Shown here one piece after another: positions 61,095-64,000 of a stretch of DNA of 64,000 nucleotides. The notes under the pieces are model-generated. The model was given only the letters and a program-made list of their open reading frames with translations, searched no databases and was not told the origin of the DNA. A program made the translations under genes and the position numbers. The DNA is from Cyanobacteria bacterium P01_F01_bin.150 (GTDB lineage Bacteria > Cyanobacteriota > Cyanobacteriia > CAKZMO01): contig JBCCYL010000005.1 of assembly GCA_039189765.1 (NCBI GenBank), positions 32,001-96,000 on the forward strand, written 5' to 3'. Every line of letters starts with the position of its first letter. The stretch's first letter is position 1.

Positions 61095-61194
61095 TAGAAC
61101 ACTCCTGTTTTGTTGTTGTAGGAGCACCCAAAGGACACGCCATCCCAAAAATATTGCAGAACAATATGGGATGGCGTTCAGGAGTGTCATAATA

Positions 61195-61285
61195 CCTGAT
61201 AGCCAATCCGTCTGCTCGTACAGATGGGTTGGTTAGTCCTCTAGCTGTGTGTCAGCACATCTAGGGGACGCTTTTCGCGTTTTTG
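61195..61285 (+). ncRNA. Candidate structured small RNA
   Basis: Two adjacent hairpins whose mismatches are G-U pairs on the + strand, followed by a T-rich tail. Confidence 0.4.
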
Positions 61286-61454
61286 GGCGCTTGACAGCAG
61301 AGCATATCAGAAGCAAGGACAAGAAACAACCGTATGCTCCAAAGCGATAAAAAGACGCTTAACGATTGGAAATACTCCGGGCCGCACGATGATTTTACCG
61401 TCGAGGATGATATTGATATTCTAGTTGAGCGCAACAGCCTAAGAGAGTATACAA

Positions 61455-62180
61455 ATGAGCAATAACAGCCCTGTTCGCCCACAATATCAATTTGAATCCA
61501 GTCATTTTTATTTTAGTCTTCTTCGCCTCACTGATAATGAATATCAAGAGTTTAGAACTAGAAGCTTTCCCATACGCTATGACACTATGGTGTTATGGTC
61601 TTTAAGGCAAAAAAGCCAAAATAATCCAAACTTATTAATGCTGCCTAAGTTGCTTATTTTATTGGAAAAAGAGTTTGGTCGCAGCTCAAAAGCTTATGAT
61701 TCTTGGAAACAAGGATTTTATTTTCCATTTTTATTAAAGATTCAGAAACCAAGTGGTCCCTTTTATTATTTACTGGTGATTGCTGATTATCGTGGAGGAA
61801 TTGACTTTAGTCTTTATCGAGTTATTGATGATGCTAAATTCTCAGAAAAAGAACCAGAGGTCTATCAGTCACCGATAGAAGATGAGCTATCTGATCTGGA
61901 GATTGCCCATGTTGTCAGTTATATTTGGGGATTCTATAAAGGATATGCTAATTCTTATTTTGCTCAGAATCCTCACATTACGCCGTTCTTTAGATATATT
62001 GCATCAGAAAATTTAGTCTATGGTTATTGGGACGATCAGTTTTTTGAAAGAGTGTTTGAAGATGATAATTCTTGTCGAATACTTGTGAAAGCATTAGATG
62101 ATAAATACGGTAAATCATCCAAATCAGTTGAGGATGAGATATGCCAAACTCAAGAGATGATTCTTAAAATAATTACCTAA
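61455..62180 (+). CDS. Hypothetical protein (AT-rich, aromatic-rich)
   Basis: 241-aa ORF; no family recognised. Confidence 0.7.
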   Translation: MSNNSPVRPQYQFESSHFYFSLLRLTDNEYQEFRTRSFPIRYDTMVLWSLRQKSQNNPNLLMLPKLLILLEKEFGRSSKAYDSWKQGFYFPFLLKIQKPSGPFYYLLVIADYRGGIDFSLYRVIDDAKFSEKEPEVYQSPIEDELSDLEIAHVVSYIWGFYKGYANSYFAQNPHITPFFRYIASENLVYGYWDDQFFERVFEDDNSCRILVKALDDKYGKSSKSVEDEICQTQEMILKIIT

Positions 62181-62267
62181 TAATGTAATCCTATCCTGTG
62201 AGAATTTAAGCTATCGTTAAAGTGATGTTGATGCGATCGCACTCCCTGCAACATCTAGAGTTGATTT

Positions 62268-62307
62268 GGTGCATTACGCTTCACTTCGTTACGCTAATGT
62301 ATCTTAT
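62268..62307 (-). repeat. Degenerate REP upstream of RAYT
   Basis: GGTGCATTACGCT...CGTTACGCTAATGTATCTTAT. Confidence 0.75.
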
Positions 62308-62379
62308 GCGAGAGCTACGCGATCGCATCCTGACGCTCTTTTCTGGGCATTGTAAGGGAGCTGTCATTTCTCCATCTGA

Positions 62380-62931
62380 ATGCCAAATTATCGTAGAGCG
62401 TATGTTGCTGGCGGTACGTATTTTCTCACTCAGGTGACCTATCGGAGGGAACGTTGGTTTTGTGGAAAGGTGGGGCGCAGGGCATTGAGAGAAGCGATTA
62501 TCAATGTTCAGCAGAAATATACGTTTTCAATTGATGCGTTTGTGTTGTTGCCGGATCATTTTCATTGTTTGTGGACGCTGCCACCAGGGGATAGTGATTT
62601 TTCGGTACGATTACGGCTGATAAAATCCTATGTGACTAAGCATTATGCTCAAGAATTGGGCATTAAACACCCTCTTTCCGAGTCACGACAGCGTCGGGGT
62701 GAAAGCAATCTTTGGCAACGTCGTTTTTGGGAGCATTTAATTCGGGATGAGCGGGATTTTGCGTTGCATTGTGATTATATTCATATTAATCCGGTGAAGC
62801 ATAGATTATGTAAGATGCCGCAGGATTGGCCCTTCTCAAGTGTGCATCGGTTTATTTTCCAAAGTATTCACCCAGCAAATTGGGGACACGATAGTTTGCC
62901 CCAATTGCCTCCCGAAATTGGTGAAGAATAA
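62380..62931 (+). CDS. REP-associated tyrosine transposase (RAYT, HUH Y1)
   Basis: MPNYRRAYVAGGTYFLT.VT, VLLPDHFHCLW (HUH), LWQRRFWEHLIRD, DYIH.NPVKH, W.FSS; flanked by REPs. Confidence 0.93.
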   Translation: MPNYRRAYVAGGTYFLTQVTYRRERWFCGKVGRRALREAIINVQQKYTFSIDAFVLLPDHFHCLWTLPPGDSDFSVRLRLIKSYVTKHYAQELGIKHPLSESRQRRGESNLWQRRFWEHLIRDERDFALHCDYIHINPVKHRLCKMPQDWPFSSVHRFIFQSIHPANWGHDSLPQLPPEIGEE

Positions 62932-62938
62932 CCATCAC

Positions 62939-63032
62939 GTAGGGTGGATTAGCGATAGCGTAATCCACCGATTCCACATTCAAAAAATTAATGGTGCATT
63001 ACGCTCCACGTTGTTACGCTAATGCACCCTAC
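62939..63032. repeat. Inverted REP pair (REPIN/BIME-like)
   Basis: GTAG-GGTGGATTA..TAATCCACC at 62939-62969 and inverted GGTGCATTA..TAATGCACC-CTAC at 62993-63032. Confidence 0.88.
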
Positions 63033-63135
63033 GCGAGTGCGATCGCGCTTTTATTCGAGGTGCCCTTGGGAGTTTGCGATCGCCTAATATAATCTTTAGC
63101 CGATCGTCTCGACAATATTTTTTCTTCCTTATATA

Positions 63136-64000
63136 TTATTGAAAAATCTTTTTTAGGTCGTCATAATTGTTTCCATTTAAGGTGCTAACTGCCTGTGGAG
63201 CAGTCATTTTTTCATTGTTTTGAGCATTAATATCAGCCCCGCTATTTAACAGTAGTTTTGGAAGGGTAACATCTGTATTGACGAGTTCTGCGAGATCTGA
63301 TGTCAGACGCTTACGCTCAGCATTATTTACGGCCCAAATTAGGGGTGTATTGCCTCGATTATCTCTAGCATTAATCTCGGCACCTGCTTGAATTAATAAT
63401 CCTGCGGCTTGGGTATTGTTGATTCTTCTTGAGGTATGGAATAATGGCGTCTAGCCATTGTTATCTTTAGCATTCACATCGGCACCATTTTCAAGTAAAA
63501 GCTCTGCTAAGTCTGTGTTGTAAACGCAAGGTTCTCCCCAAAATGCAAGGGTGATACCTTCATAACCTTTGGCTTTATATCGTGGGGTCTGACAATCTTC
63601 TTTTGTGATTTCCATTGCCAGATGCATCGGTGTCCGACCTTGAGCATCGGGTTCATTGACATTGAGTCCTTCGTTGAGAAACAGTTGGGCGATTTCTTGG
63701 GAATTGCCACTGTGATAAAAGGCTACTTCCCAGGATGCGGCTGTGTGTAGAGGGGTTCTGCCTTGCTTATCTCTGGCATTTATATCCGCACCACTCTGTA
63801 AGAGGCCTTCGGCAACCTCGGCTGATGGAGCAGTGTGTAAGGGGGTTAAGCCCTGCTCAGTTTTGGCATGGATATCTGCGCCCTGCTCGATTAGTGCCCT
63901 TGCGACTTCTCCTGAACTGGCCTGATGCAGCGGTGTTCGGTCTCTCAGAATACTTGAATCACTATTCTTGGCATTGATATCAAATCCATGTTCAAGCAGA
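63136..64000 (-). pseudogene. Ankyrin-repeat protein (5' partial) with in-frame TAG
   Basis: Hand translation gives repeated GADINA.D..G.TPLH units; ...DVNAKDNNG*TPLFH with stop at 63451-63453; frame continues to TAA at 63136-63138; absent from the ORF track. Confidence 0.85.

Noticed and set aside
61095..61190. N-terminal 32 aa of ORF 60822-61190
   Set aside because: Better SD and ATG at 61094; this stretch is the structured leader
62380..62931. IS200/IS605 insertion sequence
   Set aside because: RAYT-type motifs, GTAG-REP flanks and no TnpB
346..63453. TAG read-through or recoding suggested by in-frame TAGs at 346, 19499 and 63451
   Set aside because: Many intact genes here end at TAG at their natural C-termini (e.g. 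12726, 15827, 19549), and two of the three cases carry deletions too

Overview
Cyanobacterial DNA, judged from abundant HIP1 GCGATCGC sites, heptamer tandem repeats, and Uma2, DUF928 and DUF1822-type genes. It is most likely a filamentous form (inference). The window is accessory-type, and I recognised no housekeeping, rRNA or tRNA genes and no CRISPR array. Main blocks: (1) two divergent TpsA (filamentous haemagglutinin-type) + TPR-CHAT caspase-like protease gene pairs (0.7-15.8 kb); (2) a PhnD-like binding protein + HAMP histidine kinase pair and a decayed NarL-type two-component pair; (3) three eCIS/phage-tail baseplate genes with no sheath, tube or spike gene in the window; (4) a beta-helix protein and an RTX/S8/FG-GAP protease; (5) a co-oriented sigma70 - DUF1822 - CHAT/CHASE2 - DUF928 - TpsA::CHAT - TpsB cluster that looks like a protease-driven trans-envelope signalling cascade (the best candidate for an undescribed system); (6) a DUF4157 polymorphic toxin with a Tox-GHH nuclease tip, a putative immunity gene, and a second ART-like toxin + HEAT/DUF2947-like pair, flanked by PD-(D/E)xK-fold genes; (7) a RAYT transposase with REP sequences, several MITE/REP-like palindromic elements (one nested, one inserted in frame in two genes), a candidate structured ncRNA, and four pseudogenes. 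All family calls are by-eye motif recognition; no database search was run.
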